From an uncultured Planctomycetota bacterium (GTDB lineage Bacteria; Planctomycetota; Planctomycetia; Isosphaerales; Isosphaeraceae), in NCBI GenBank assembly GCA_963845755.1, contig CAWJTV010000011.1, positions 224,001 to 288,000 of the forward strand: a DNA stretch of 64,000 nt, written 5' to 3'. Below are positions 20,401-33,230 of this stretch, in pieces (the stretch's first letter is position 1; the number at the start of each line of letters is the position of its first letter). A program made the position numbers and the translations under genes. The notes under the pieces are model-generated. The model saw only the letters and a program-made list of their open reading frames with translations, did no database searches and had not been told where the DNA came from.

Positions 20401-23400
20401 CGATGTGCGAGGCCAGCCGCTGGAACAGGTGCGCGTCCGAGCCGGAGCGGTCGTGGTGTCGGTGCTCGACCTGGCTGTGCGCCCAGGCCAGTTCGAAGGC
20501 GCGAGACGCGGCGGCCGGCTCGCGGAACTGGTCGGCCAGGGCCTGGGCCTCATCGCGGGACTCGGCAAACGCGGTGGTCAGCGACATCACCGCGGAGCCG
20601 CCCGGCTCGATGCGGAACCGGCGGCGGAGGCAGAGGACCGGGTCGAGCACCGGGCCGACGGTCCCCGAGAGGACGGCGCCGGGCTCGAGCGCCGCGGGGT
20701 TGGCAGGCGTGCGGCCGCGGCCGAGGAACCGCGCGCGGTCGGTCTCGTACTGCGTCTCGCCCACCGGCTCGCTCCCCGTGGTCGAGCCGTCCACCGCCGC
20801 GACGTGCATCGCCCACAACGGCTGCTCGGCGGCCGAGCGCATCCGCCGCCGGCAGAGGATCGCCTGCGGGCCGGGGAGCCACTCCGTCTCCAGGAAGAGC
20901 TTGACGAACGCCGGATGGCCGAGGTCGGCACCGCGCGGGGCCAGCACGACCTCGGCGTAGCTGGTCAGCTCCAGCTCACGCGGGACTGGATCATGATTGA
21001 ACAGGGTCACACGGCGGATCTCGGCACGATGCTCGGGCGAGACGATGACCTCCAGGATGGTCTCGATACCCAGGTCGCGGCGGCGGAAGGTCGCCTTGTC
21101 GGCGGCGAAGATGACCTCGTAGGACTCGGGGGCCCGGCAGACCGGCTGGAAGCCGGCCGACCAGAACACGCCGCGACCGACGTCACGCACGTAACAGAAC
21201 TGGCCCCACGCCTCGTGGGCCGCGTCCTCGCGCCAGCGGGTCACGTCCAGCCCCCGGCAGGTGCTCGAGCCCGAGCCGGCGTTGGTGAGCAGCACGTGGT
21301 ACTGGGTGTTGGAGAGGATGTGGGTCCGCGGCACGGGAGTCGCGGGCGTCGTCAGCCGGCGGCCCATCGGCGTGCCGGCGACCGCCGCGACGGAACCGTC
21401 GGCGCTCGGCGCCGGCCCCGTGCTCGACGACGCGGCGGGCGCCGCGGTCTCGACCATCGGCGCGTCGGTGGGGACGCGTTCCTGGAGCAGCAGCTCGATG
21501 GCCCGCACCCGCGCCTCGGACTGGAACCGCAGGGTCATCACGTCGGCGAGCAAGCTGTTCGTCAGCGCCACCAGGCTCATCCCCTGGTGATGGGCCATGT
21601 AGGATCGGACGACGACCGAGCGCTTCCCCTGGGACAGGCGGTCGGGCGTGTAGTCGATCGCCTCGTAGAAGCCGTATTCCCCCTCGGCGCCTTCCTGGGC
21701 CAGATGCCGGAAATTCGCCAGGGCCTCGCGGGGCGCGAGCATCGTGGCCATGGCCGTCGCATACGGCGCGACGACCCGGTCCTGCTCGAGACCTTGCTTG
21801 AGCCCCAGGCCCGGGACACCGAAGGCCTGGTACTGGTAGTCGCCGTCGAGGTATTGCGCGGAGAAACCCGATTCCGAGATCCCCCACGGTAGCCCCAGGC
21901 TGCGGCCGTATTCGATCTGCCGCGCCACGGCCGTGCGGCACGCCTCGGCCAGCAGGGTGCCGGGCAGGCTCTTGAGCAAGAGCCGGGGCATCAGGTACTC
22001 GAACATGGTCCCGCCCCAGGAAATCAGGCCGACGCGCCCGGCGGCACGGATGAACGGCCGGCCGAGCTGGAACCAGTGGCGGCGCGGGGCCTCGCCCCGC
22101 GCGACGGCCAGGTAGCTGGTCAGGCAGCACTCCGAGGCCATCAGGTCGTAGCAGGTGCTGTCGAGCCGGTTCTGGACCAGGTTGAAGCCGATGGCGAAGA
22201 GGTGGCGATCGGGCCGGTAGAGCGGGCGGAAGTCCATCGCCTTGGCCAGGGCTTCGGCCGACTCGGCCAGACTGCGGAGCCGGACCAGCAGCGCCGCCGG
22301 TCGCGGGTCGCGCACCGCCGCCGCGATCGCCCGCAGACCCTCTGCGGCCGACGGATTGGCGGCCTCGGCCTCCAGCGCGGTCAGCTCGGCGAGAAGATGA
22401 TCGGCCCGGTCGACGATCACCGAGAGGCTCGCCTGGGCGACGAGCTCCATCCGGACCGATTCCCAACGCCGACGGGCGGCATCGGATGGGAACGATGCCG
22501 CGGCCCCTTGCTCCCAGGCCCGCAGGGCCGCTAGCCAGGGTGCGGTCGCCGTCAGCTCGGCCCGCCAGGCCCCAACTTGCGTGACCAGGCGATCCGCCCA
22601 CGTCGCCGGCACGACGGCGGGCGACGCGGCGACGATCGCGACTCCCGTCGCCGCGGTTGACTGCTTCTCTCCGCGACCGGCCAGCTCGAGTGCGTCGCGC
22701 TCGAACGCCTCCAGCCAGGTATCCCATCCGGCCAGGTCCACCGGCGGCACATCGATCATGGCCGAGAGCCGCCGTGCGAGCCCCATCGAAGCTTGTTCGG
22801 CGGCCAGGCCGAGCGTGTCGGCCAGCCCCTGGACCACTCCCGGCCCGAAGAGCGGCGCCTGGGTTTTTTCGATCAGTCCATGCGCCAGGGTGAGCAGGCA
22901 GCCCAGCAGGTTGCCGCTATCGACCGTCGAGATGTAGCGCGGCGGCAGCGGCTGGAGGGTCTCGGTCTGGTACCAGTTGTAGAAGTGGCCCCAGTGCCTT
23001 TCCAACGAGTTGAGCGTGTCGAGCGTCCGCGCGAGACGGTCCGCCAAGGTGCCCATGCCGATATAGCCGAGGTCGCTGGCGGCGAGGGTCGACAGGAGGA
23101 GCAGGCCCTGGTTCGTCGGCGAGGTGCGGTGGGCGATGCGGCCGTCGGGGACTTCCTGGAAGTTGTCGGGAGGGAGCCAGTGGTCGGCGTCGCCGACGAA
23201 CGACTCGAAGAACAACCAGGTCTTCCGCGCCAGTCGCCGCAAGGCCCGGTGCTCCGCCTCGGTCAGATGGAGATGCGTCACGATGCGGGGCCGACTGACG
23301 CGGAAAGCCGCCCACGGAGACACGAGCCAGGCCACCAGGAACGGAGCCGCCGCGACGATCGCGCCGGGCCGCAGGGCGAGGATCGCCGCGGCGACCGCGA

Positions 23401-26400
23401 TCGCCACGACCGGCGCCGGCCACATGATCGCGGCGAAGTCCCGAAGCGAGTTCCCCAACCGCTGCTCGGTCGACGCCGCCGTCTCCCATTCCAGGAGCTT
23501 CCGTCGGGTCACGAAGAGCCGCACCAGCGTGCGAACCACCGCGTCGAGCAGGTGCCAGGCCCGATACGCCAGGAAGACGATCTCCAGCACAACCTGGCCG
23601 ATCGTGGCGGGCAGTTTCTCCCACGCCTTCTTGACCGGCGTCACGGACCGGCTGCGAACACTGCCGATCGCGACGGTCAGGATCATCTGGAACAAAGGCA
23701 GTGCGAAGACCACCAGGCCCATCGCCGTCCAGAACCACGGCGAGCCGGGCAAGACCGTCCAGCCCAGGACCAGGAGCAGTAAGAGCGCGGGGGGAATCAG
23801 GCTGCGGCGGAGATTGTCCAGCAGCTTCCATCGCTCGAGGAGGGGCAGAGGGTTGGTATGCCAGGCCAGCGATCCTCCGGAAGGCCTTCGGTCGGACTCC
23901 GGGCAGGTCCGAGAGACTCGCGCCCGGCACTCGATCGGGTTTCGTCTTTCCTGACCACTGGCCGCTGACCACCGACCACCGTTCCGCCCAGCCACGGCAG
24001 GAGCTGCCAGTCGCCCCGGACCCAGCGATGCTCGCGGCGCGCGTAGGCGTGGTAGGCGGCCGGGAAGTCGTCGAACAGCTCGGTGTCGCTGAGCAGGCCG
24101 CATCGCGCGTAATTGCCCTCGATGAGGTCGTGGCTGAGGATGCGGTTCTCCGGGAAGGTCGTCGCCGGTGGCCGCCTCGAAGGCGTCGACGTCGTAGATG
24201 CCCTTGCCGGTGAAGCTGCCGATGCCGAAGAGGTCCATGTAGGCGTCGGAGGCCGCGGTCGAATAGGGGTCGATACCGCCGGAGGTCGCCAGCATCGCGG
24301 CGAAGCGCGAGCGCGTGGCCGCCGCCAGGTGGAAGCTGATCCTCGGCTGGAGCACGCCGTAGCCGGCGACGACCCGGCCCTGAGACGGGTCGAACCGCGG
24401 CCCGGTTCAGTGGGTGGGCCAACGAGCCGACCAGGCGACCGGCCGTGTCGCGCGGCATCTGGGTGTCCGCGTCCAGCGTGATGACGAAACGGATCCTCGG
24501 CAGGCTGGACGGCTCCGCGCTGCACACGGAATAGCTGGTGTCTTGGGCGCCGCGGAGCAGCGTATTGAATTCCAGCAGCTTGCCGCGCTTCCGCTCCCAG
24601 CCCATCCAGCAGCCTTGCGACGCGTTCCAGAGCCGTCGGCGATGGAATAGGAAGAAGCGGTCCGGGCCGCCCTCGCCGTCGCGATAGCGTTCGTTCAGGC
24701 CGCGCACCCGCTCCAGGGCGTCGCGAATCAGCTCGTCATCCTGGGGCATGGTCTCGTGCGGGGCGTCGGCGAAGTCGGTTAACAAGGCGAACCGGAGGCT
24801 CGGGTCGGGGTTGGTCAGGTAGTGCGTCTCCAGCCGCGCGGCCAGCGTCCCGGCGCTGGAGGCCCGGGCGAGCATCGCGGGGATCACGATCATCGTCGCG
24901 TGTTCGGCCGGGATCCCATCCTTGAAGTCGAGCTTGGGAAGGACGCGGGGGGGCAGCAGCAGGGTGAGCAGGTGGTTGACCAGCCCCACCGCCAGCTCGG
25001 AGAGCGGCAGCAGGAGGACCGCCACCGCCAGCAGGAGCCACCACGAGACGGCCAGGGCGCCCAGTCCTGCGGCGAGTGCGAGCGTCAAGAACGTCGCCAG
25101 CAACACGGCGATGCCGCCGAAGTAGACCGTGCCCGGATGGCCCAGCACCCAGTCGAAGAGGCGCTCGTCCCAACGCGGGCGATAGTCGAAGGACGCCCTC
25201 AGGTCAGCCTGGCCCCGATCGACCAGATAGAAGCCGACGTGACCGCCGGATCGGCCGCGTTTGAGGTCGAGGCCGGATCCGGACCGGGACGGGCCAGCTC
25301 GATCGCGCGGCGCGCCACCGCGATCTCGTCGGCACCCGATCCACGGGCGATCGTCTCGACCATCCGGCGGTATCGATCGCTGGTGGCGAAGTCCTGATGC
25401 GGGTAGATCGCCGCGGGATCCTGCCGGAGGATCGCCTCGACGTGGCTGCTCTGCTCGAAGAAGGCATTCCAGTCGATCGCCGAGAGCAGGCGGAGGCTGA
25501 GCACGCAGTTGCCGACCGTGACCTGGTTGGCGGCCTGGCAGTGGTGCTCGCGGCGCAGGACCTCGTTGGGATCCGAGTCCTGTGCGGCCAGCTCGGCCTC
25601 GAGGTGCTCGAACGCGGGCATCGCGCCTTCCTGGTCGCGCAAGAGCTGCATCAGCCGGACCACGAACGGGTCGCTCAGGCCGTCGAAGTTGGGCAGGAGC
25701 CTCCCTCCCCCCAGATGGGGGAGGCTGCCGCGAAGCAGCGGGTGGGAGGGGGATGGGGAACGTGCCCCCCCCTCTGCGCTTCGGGCATCTCCCCCCAGCA
25801 AGAAGGGAGAGTTCACCCACCGTTCGGCACGGCGGCGTTCTTCCCAACCCCAGACCATCCGTTCGGCCAGGCGCCTGAGGTTTTCGAGGAGGACCAGGCG
25901 GAGCATCGTGGGCAAGGCCCAGAGCTCGCCGATCGTCAGGGGTGCGGCCTCCTGGAACGCCCGGACGAACCGGGTGATCCGCGCCTCGTCGAGCTCGCTG
26001 TCGCAGTGGGCGACCAGCGCCAGGGCCAGCGCATAGACGCGGGGATAACCGGTGAGTGGCGGGGCGGTCAGTTTGGGCAGGAGCTCGTCGTAGCCCGGCG
26101 GCAGGTCGTGGCGGACTTCCCGGAGCGAGTCGGCGATGATGTGGAAGTTGTCGACGAGCCATTCGGCGTCGATGCCCGGCAGGCTGCGGCGGTCGCCCAG
26201 GGCGACGAGCCGAAGGTGAACCTGATTGAGCACCCGCTGGTTCTCCACGAACCGGCGGAGCAAGGGGCTGCCGGCGCGACGCGCCGGCGCCAGGACGCAC
26301 GCCGTCGCCAGTCGGGCCGCGTAACCCTCCAGCCGCTCCAGGCCCAGACGCTCCGCGCGGATCGGCCCCTCACTCCGAGGGTCGATCAGAACGACCGGAA

Positions 26401-26455
26401 TCGACTCGATGTCCGGACTCGACGGGATAGTCAGTTCAACGCCTTTCGGCATCAC
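17416..26455 (-). CDS. cgs: Cyclic beta-1,2-glucan synthase (GT84 + GH94-like domains), several frameshifts
   Basis: Stitched frames give 'WMGWERKRGKL', 'ITLDADT', 'GKGIYDVDAF', 'LSHDLIEG', 'RWVRGDWQ', 'SWGGTMFEYLMP', 'QSGGAYGFRDQLQD', 'GDWNDGMNRVG', 'RENGGQYTH'. Shifts near 25280, 24400, 24160, 23990 and 17460. Confidence 0.9.
23951..23980. repeat. Four 7-bp repeats (CTGACCA-like) inside the glucan synthase
   Basis: ctgacca ctggccg ctgacca ccgacca. Confidence 0.6.
25700..25811. repeat. REP/REPIN-like palindromic doublet lying in-frame in the glucan synthase
   Basis: CCTCCCCCCAGATGGGGGAGG..GCGAAGC..GGGAGGGG followed by an inverted related unit CCCCCCTCTGCGCTTCGGGCATCTCCCCCC..GGGAGAG. Confidence 0.7.
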
Positions 26456-27021
26456 AGAGATCTCGGCACTCGTCGGAACGGTCGGCTCGACCGAGGGTTG
26501 CTTCGCCCTGCTTGCATGGCTGGCTTGGTGTGCTCAACGCCTTTCGGCGTCAGGGTGAATGTCGCCTCATGATCCCGTCGCAGAGTCGAGCCGGTCGGCC
26601 GGCGCGGGAATTGCCTGGACCCCAAACGCAAAGGATCCTGATTCTAGGACATCGGCCGCCTGATGAGAACCCCGTTCTCACGAGTGACGGATCGGGCTGG
26701 CCACGGAGACCGTCGGCATCAAGACATTCACGAAGGCCCCCATGAGTCAAGGATGCCGCCCGGACGTCTCGCCTGCCGTCGAGGGCCGGTCCAGGCGAAC
26801 CGAATGGGTTGAGAGCAGGTCCGGGTCCGGTGAGTCGGGCGGAACGGGCTCTCCCGGGTGAGACGCGGCGCGGTGGTATTTCCGCCTCATGGCGGTATGC
26901 CAGTCGGCCTGAATGAGCCCTTCTTTCAGACTCCGCAAGGAAACCTCGACCTGACGAGCGGACTCCTCGCGGCGATCGGGACCTCCCGAGGCCGGGGGCT
27001 TCTTCGCCTCGCCCGCGGACC

Positions 27022-27525
27022 TCAACGGCGCCCCTTGCAACCATCGACGTGATCCCGGCACATGTATTCGAGTTCAGCATGCTCCAGCGCGATCCGGCGA
27101 AGCCGATCGGCCTCCGGGTCCAGCCACTCCGGAGGCAGGGATTCCCACGATCGGGACGCGGCTTGCTGGAAGCGGACTTCCCTCTGGCGATGATCGTCGG
27201 CCTGGGTCTTGTACTCCGCGGCACGCTCCGACCACCAGGCTTCCGCATCGACCAAGAAGGCCCGGTTCGAATCCTGCTCCCCCGGGTCGTCGCTCGTAAA
27301 GACGGTGACGATCTTGCCTCGTGCCAGGGTCTCCTCGTACTCCTTGAAGCCGATGACTTTCCGTTCCGCTTTGAAGGCTAGCATCGAGAGCATCATGCGG
27401 GCACCGCCCTCCCGCAATGCCAGCCTCTCGAAATGCTCGCCCCGCCGCTTGAGATAGACCCCCCAGGCGATCAGGGCCGCCAAGGCGACCAGCACGAGCA
27501 TCGTTCGTAATCGCCACCGGATCAC
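27022..27525 (-). CDS. Hypothetical protein with N-terminal 'RWRLRTMLVLVAL' TM leader
   Basis: GGAGG before GTG 27525. Single N-terminal hydrophobic segment. Confidence 0.65.
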   Translation of the reverse strand: MIRWRLRTMLVLVALAALIAWGVYLKRRGEHFERLALREGGARMMLSMLAFKAERKVIGFKEYEETLARGKIVTVFTSDDPGEQDSNRAFLVDAEAWWSERAAEYKTQADDHRQREVRFQQAASRSWESLPPEWLDPEADRLRRIALEHAELEYMCRDHVDGCKGRR

Positions 27526-27769
27526 GGCCCTGCCTCCTGTAAAGGCTGCCCTCCGATTCCCTCGGCATCTTACCGTAACTCGCCCCGGCGACACGATGGG
27601 CCGGCGGTTTTTCAGCCCGGAATCGCGGATCCGCCTCACGGGCCTCGCGCGACAAGGTACCCGCAGCGCGGCCACTCTCCCGGCGGAACTCGCAGCGTCC
27701 GTTCTCATTGCAACCCAGATGGCCGATCTTGTTCGTAGGCCTACTCTGCGGATCAGCGCGCCGGATACT

Positions 27770-28457
27770 TCACGACCAAAGGAGCAATTCCAGCCTGGGC
27801 AGCCACGCATCGAAATGGGGGCATTTTGCGCGGATCGTTGGCAGGCCGATCTTCGCGGCGATCCTGGGGCCTTCCGTAACCTTGCGACCCCGATATTCGG
27901 GAATGAGGTCAATAATCCGCTTGGATGGTGCCGTCGTCTGGGCATCATTGATGTGCTCGATGGTCGGGTAGGACCCTGCAATTCTCTTCAACTCGTCAAT
28001 GGCTCGATCGCAGTGGTCGAACACGCCCCGGAAGGACTCGGGGTCAGCGAAGAGGATCGTCTCATATTCGTGAAGCTGCAAATACGGGACGAAGCGCGGG
28101 TCCCCGATGCTGTCACCGAACGCCCTTTCCAGTGCCGTGACGTAGGGGATCGGATCCTTGGGGTTGCGGCGATGAGCCTTCTTCCCAGGAAAGTCCTTCG
28201 GAAGGCCATACAAATCGATCAAGGTGGTACAGACAAGCTGCCGCTGTCGACGACCTTTCAACCCGTCCAGGATGCCGCGACGCATCGTTTCATATCGGCC
28301 GGGCACGCCGCCCCGGCTCACTCGTCCACGGTGTCTGGAGTGCTCGATCAGGATAGTATTGAACACGCCCGCGTAATGGGGAAACAGGGGGAAACAGCAA
28401 TTGATTGCAGAAAGCTTGTTCAGTCTCCCCTTCGCAGAACACGACCAGACCCTTCAC
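27770..28457 (-). CDS. DUF4276-family (RloB/TOPRIM-like) protein (frameshift near 28380)
   Basis: 'VFCEGETEQAF', 'TTLIDLYG', 'YLQLHEYE', 'EHIND...APSKRI'. Start overlaps the ATPase stop (GTGA). Confidence 0.85.
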
Positions 28458-29587
28458 GCGAGCGGCCCTCCGCCGAGGACATTCTTCTCCCACAGTTCAC
28501 CAACGCTGTAATCCTTCAACCAATACCTGAGCTCTTTGGTCTTCAGGTGGTGCAGGAGAGACAGGCCCTGCCTGACATCGGCCACGATGATCTCCGCGGG
28601 TTCAAAGCGATCGAGGAAGGTCGTGGACTGAGTCGTCAAAATGACCTGGGTGTTGAGGGAAGCGGCTCGGATCAGGCCCGCGATCACCTCGATGGCGTGG
28701 GGATGCAAGCCCAGCTCGGGCTCGTCGACGACGATGACGGAAGGTAGATCCTCGCTTGGTTGCAGAAACAGGGTGATCAAGGCCATCGCACGCAGCGTGC
28801 CGTCGGAAAGGTGGTGAGGCCCGAAAACATACTCACTTCCCGTCTGCCTCCAGTTGAGGAGGATGTTTTTCAGATGAAGGCGTTGGGGTTCGAGAACGAA
28901 GTCGTCGAACGAAGGCATGATGTGGCGAACCGAAGCGACAATTCGATTGTAGGTGTTTGGCTTCGTCTCTCGGTACAGGTAGAGCATCGATGCCAGGTTG
29001 CCGCCGTCGGAGTACAGACTTTGATTGGCTTCGATGTAACCGGGCTGTCGAATCCTCGCCGTTACAGAGGTGTCATGGAAATGGAAAACTCGGAATTCGC
29101 TGAGGAATCGGAGGGTCTCCTTTTCTGTTCGATAGATGCGTTCTTCCCCTTCAGGTACTCCAATCCGATTCAGGCTTGTCTCTGCATGAAATCCGCTCGC
29201 GAAACTGGTCTCCCGAGGATCGGTGGATCCCTGCCCAAGCGGGCCTAGGCGTTCCTCGGTGAATATGAGAAGATCGGGCAGCGCGTAGGTAAGATGGAAG
29301 AAGTAACGATATGAGACAGCTTCTAACTCGAAATCTAGCTCCGCCTCGACATCTCGCGTCGATTTCAACCCGTGGTGCAACACCGCATCAGCCCCACCCT
29401 GCATTCCGATGTAAACTTGGAGACGCCGTCCGGCGAGTTCATTCAACAATCGAAAGAACGTTACGAAGTTCGATTTTCCCGCGCCGTTCGCGCCGATGAG
29501 GACATTGATCGGCCCCAGATCGAGCTTGGGCTCGATGTCCCGGATGGATTTCCAACCTGCGATGCGGATGCTGTGAAGGCGTGCCAT
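28454..29587 (-). CDS. AAA_21/AAA_15-type ABC ATPase
   Basis: GANGAGKSN, LSDGTLR, IVVDEPELGLHP, LTTQS, C-terminal 'VGELWEKNVLGG'. Confidence 0.9.
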   Translation of the reverse strand: MARLHSIRIAGWKSIRDIEPKLDLGPINVLIGANGAGKSNFVTFFRLLNELAGRRLQVYIGMQGGADAVLHHGLKSTRDVEAELDFELEAVSYRYFFHLTYALPDLLIFTEERLGPLGQGSTDPRETSFASGFHAETSLNRIGVPEGEERIYRTEKETLRFLSEFRVFHFHDTSVTARIRQPGYIEANQSLYSDGGNLASMLYLYRETKPNTYNRIVASVRHIMPSFDDFVLEPQRLHLKNILLNWRQTGSEYVFGPHHLSDGTLRAMALITLFLQPSEDLPSVIVVDEPELGLHPHAIEVIAGLIRAASLNTQVILTTQSTTFLDRFEPAEIIVADVRQGLSLLHHLKTKELRYWLKDYSVGELWEKNVLGGGPLA

Positions 29588-29659
29588 GGGATCGGGCCAA
29601 TCGGAAAGTTGACGATCTCGGGTTGTGGAACAAGTCGGGGGACAACCTCCAGGGACTGA

Positions 29660-32600
29660 TTATAACGCCTCGGCCCGTGGTCCGGGCAGTTCGTGGACGA
29701 AGACCACATCGCGCGGGAGGTGCGTCCGGGCCAGGTCGATCATGTGGCGGTGGTGCGTGAAGAAGAGGACCTGGGTGTCGCCGGGAGAGCTCGGCCAGGG
29801 CCACAAGGGCGGCGGTGGCGCGGCGGTCGTCGAAGTTCAGCAGGATGTCGTTGACGATGAACGGGATCGGCTCGTGGGCCTGGAGCCACGCTTCCAGGCT
29901 GGCCAGCCGGAGGCGCGAGATAAAGCTGGTCGTGCGAGCCGTCGCTCATGCCGTTGACGCTCACGAGCCGGCCGTCGGGACGGACTCCTTTGAGGATGGA
30001 ATGGCCGTCGCCGTCGTCGTCGATCTGGAGCCGGGCGAACGAGCCACCGGTCAGGGCGGCAAACAGGGCGCCGGCGCGGGCCAGGATCGGTCCCTGGTTC
30101 TTCTCGCGATACCGCTCGATGCTCCGATGCAAGACCCCCGCGGCCAGCTTGAGCGTCGCATATCGCGCGATGTCCCCCTGGAGTTGGGCCAGGATTGTCT
30201 GGGCCTTCTCGGCGCTGTCGGCGGCACCCGCTCCGCTGTTCATGCGGGCCAGCTCGCCCCGCTCGGTGCCGATGGTCTGATCTACCCGGCGCAGGGCGTC
30301 TTCATGGTCGGAGATCCGGGCCTCCAGCTCCTCAAGAGCGAGGTCCAGGGCGTCGGGATCGGCCTGCTCCACGTCGGCGGCGAAGGACGCCGGATCGGCA
30401 CCCGAGGCGACGACGAGCAGTTGCTCCTCGCAGGCGGCGAGGTCGGATTCGATCCGGGCACGATCCTGCGAGCGCCGTTCGGCTTCGGAGACCTGGTCGA
30501 ACGCGGTGCAACCCGCCTCCTGGCAAAGCCGTTCCAGGCGGATTCGTGCTTCCGAAGACTGAGACTCGCCCGCGCGGAGGCTCGCCTCCGCACGCTGCCG
30601 ATGCTCGGTCAGCGTGACCCGTTTCTGGTCGTCGGCCTGGGCGTCGCGCAGGCGGCCGGCCAGCGCGCGAGCGGCCTCGCCGGCCAAATGATCGGCGAGA
30701 TCCGGCGCGACGCGCGACGCCAGCGCCGCCACATCCGTCGCAAACTGGTCCGCGTCGCGCTCGATGCCGCGAATCCGGCTCTGGTGGCTGCGCCGATCGT
30801 TCAGCTTTTCCTGAAGCTCGCCGATCTTCGTCAGGAAGACCTCGGCTTGCTCAGGTGCGGCCCCGGCGTCCAGTCCGAGGCGTGCCATCTTCACCGACCA
30901 ATCACTCTTCCAGCCGTCCAGCGCGGTCTCGGCCGCCTGGAGCGAGAGCTGGGCCGTGTCCCGCTCGCTCCGGGCCGCGGCGAGCTTGGTCTCCAGCTTG
31001 GTCCGTTTCTGGCCGAGGTCGTCCTGCCGCTTGATGATCAGCTCGGCCTGCTCCAGCGATTCGGACAGCTCGGAGCCCGATCCTGCTGAGAACGACTCGC
31101 CGACCTCGGCCTGGGCCTTGCTCATCACCGCGCACTGGCGGGTCATCTCGTTTTCCAGAGGCTCGACAGCGTGACGGGCCTCATCCCGTTTTTCGACGAG
31201 CTGGAGGACCTCCTCGCGACGGCGCAGCCAGGCGCGGAGCTCGACCGGTGTCCCTGCCTGGGACTCGATGCCCAGTGGACTGGTCAGGGAGCGCCATTCC
31301 CGATCGAGAGAGGCCCGGCGGTCATCGAGCAACTGGCCCTCACGTTCGAGCGCCGTGCGGAGGCCGCGGTGCTCGTCGATCTGGGCGAGCCACTCCGCCT
31401 TGCGGGCGACGCGGTCGGCCTCGCGGCGCAGGCGGTCGGCCAGCTCATCACCGCGCCAGACGCTCTGCTCGTAGGCCGAGGCCAGTGGGCCTCCCGGGGC
31501 GAACTCGGCGAGGAATGGGTTGATCAATTCCCCTTCCGATCCGCCATCGAGCCACGCGGCCTTGACCAGCCGCCAGCCCTGCTCCCGACGCGTGCGCACG
31601 GCCAACAGGGCCTCCTCGGTGGGCACGTCGTGCTGGAGCTCCAGCGACTGCAACCGGGTCTCGAGGTCGCGGATGGCGTCATCTTCCGCGGCCAGTCGTT
31701 CGTCGCGTATCTGCCGCTCTCGGGTGAGGTCCTGGAACCGGGTTTCGTACAGGTCGATGGTGGCGTTCAAGGGCACGGCCAGGCCCTGGAGGACTTCGGC
31801 GGATCGGCTCCAACCGGGAAGCTGTGCCAGCGCGGTCGCCGCCTTCTTCTCGGCGCGGGCGAGCTTGCCGCGGGCCTCGGTCAGCCGGGTATCGAGGTCG
31901 CCGGCCTTGCGTGCCTGGCGGACCGCGCGGCGGAGCGGTTCGACATCGCGCGGGATCACCAGGTCGGCGAGGTCCTTCTCCTGCCGACGGATCTGGTCAT
32001 CGTGCCGGGCGATCGTCCGCCGGGCCTCCTCGGCCTGTCCGTGGAGCTCGGCGAATTGCTGACCGAGCCGGCGGATGATCACCGGCTCATCGGCGCGGAG
32101 CCGGAGCGTCTCGGCCTCGTCCAGATCGATCGGCCGGCCCAGGTCGCGGAGCAGGCGCCGCGCCTCATGTTCGGCGTCTCGCAGGAAGATCTCCAGGCGC
32201 TGCGCGCGGTCCTCGTTCGCCTTCTCCACCGCGCCGAGCCGCTCCCGGAGCGAGCCGATCTCGTCCGCGGCGTCGAGCAGCACCTGGGGCGGGTCGAGCT
32301 GGGTGAGCTGGGCGTCGAGCTCGGCGATGGCGGCGCGGGCCTGGTCGATCGTCTGCTCGGCGAGCCGGAGCTGGTCCTGCGCCTGGCGGAATTCGGACCC
32401 GAAGTCATCGCGGAGGCGGATCGCGTCGCCCAGCTCTTCCCGAGCCTGGAGGAGCCGGCGCCGCCGTGCCACGATCGGGATCCCCGACTTGATCCGCTTC
32501 AGCCGCCCTTGCTCACCACGCGCCGCGCGGATCTGGGTACGGAGTCGCTCCGACTCCTCCAGCGCCTCGTGGTGGGCGCGATCGTGTTGCTGCCACTCCT

Positions 32601-33214
32601 CGCTCGGCAACTGGTGTTGCTTGAGCTCCTCCTGGGCGTCGCGGAATTCGGTCAGGCCCTTGTTGATCCGCGGGTGCTGGGCCCGGGGCTTGAACAGCTT
32701 GTCCAACCCGCCCTGGAGCGTCTCTTGCGCCCGGCGCAATCCGGCGAGCCCGGCGCCGGCGGCGAAGAGCAGCTCGCCGAGCTGCCCCTGGCCGGTGCGG
32801 ATCTCCTCACCGGCCCGCGTCAGCCGCTCGTGGTCGATGCCGAAGAGCGTCTTGAACGTATCTTCATTCAATCCGCCGAGAAATCGCGTCAGGCGCTCGT
32901 CGGGGACGATCGCGGAATCATCGGGGCCGCGGAGCGTGTTCCGGTTGCCCTTCCGGCGCACGAATTCGAGCCGGTCGCCGTCGCTGTGCCGTAGGGTCCC
33001 CCCAATCCGGAGCTGGTCGTAGGGATGAACGAAACTGTCGGCCGACACGTGCGGGAAGCCGAACAGCAGGTGTGACAAGGCGCGCAGCGTCGAGGTCTTG
33101 CCCGCCTCGTTCGGACCATAGACCAGGTGCAGCCCGTGCTCGCCCTCGGAGAAATCCAGCAGCGAGGTCGGTGAAGGGGCCCACGGCGATCAGATTCAAG
33201 CTGAGCAGTTTCAT
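29660..33214 (-). CDS. YhaN-like SMC/Rad50-type ATPase (AAA_27) with long coiled coil; frameshifts near both ends
   Basis: 'MKLLSLNLIAVGPFTD', 'YGPNEAGKT', 'LFGIDHERL', 'MSDGSHDQLYLA', 'FFTHH'. Confidence 0.85.
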
Positions 33215-33230
33215 GGATCATCACGTCTTG

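Noticed and set aside
19166..21892. Long antisense/alternate-frame ORFs (also 452-1960, 3280-5121, 31171-32994, 49409-50839)
   Set aside because: Shadow ORFs expected in high-GC coding DNA, with no motifs, opposite well-supported genes.
26659..26690. CTGATGAG plus a short stem resembling a hammerhead ribozyme core
   Set aside because: The stem is not followed by GAAA, and no stems I/III are evident.
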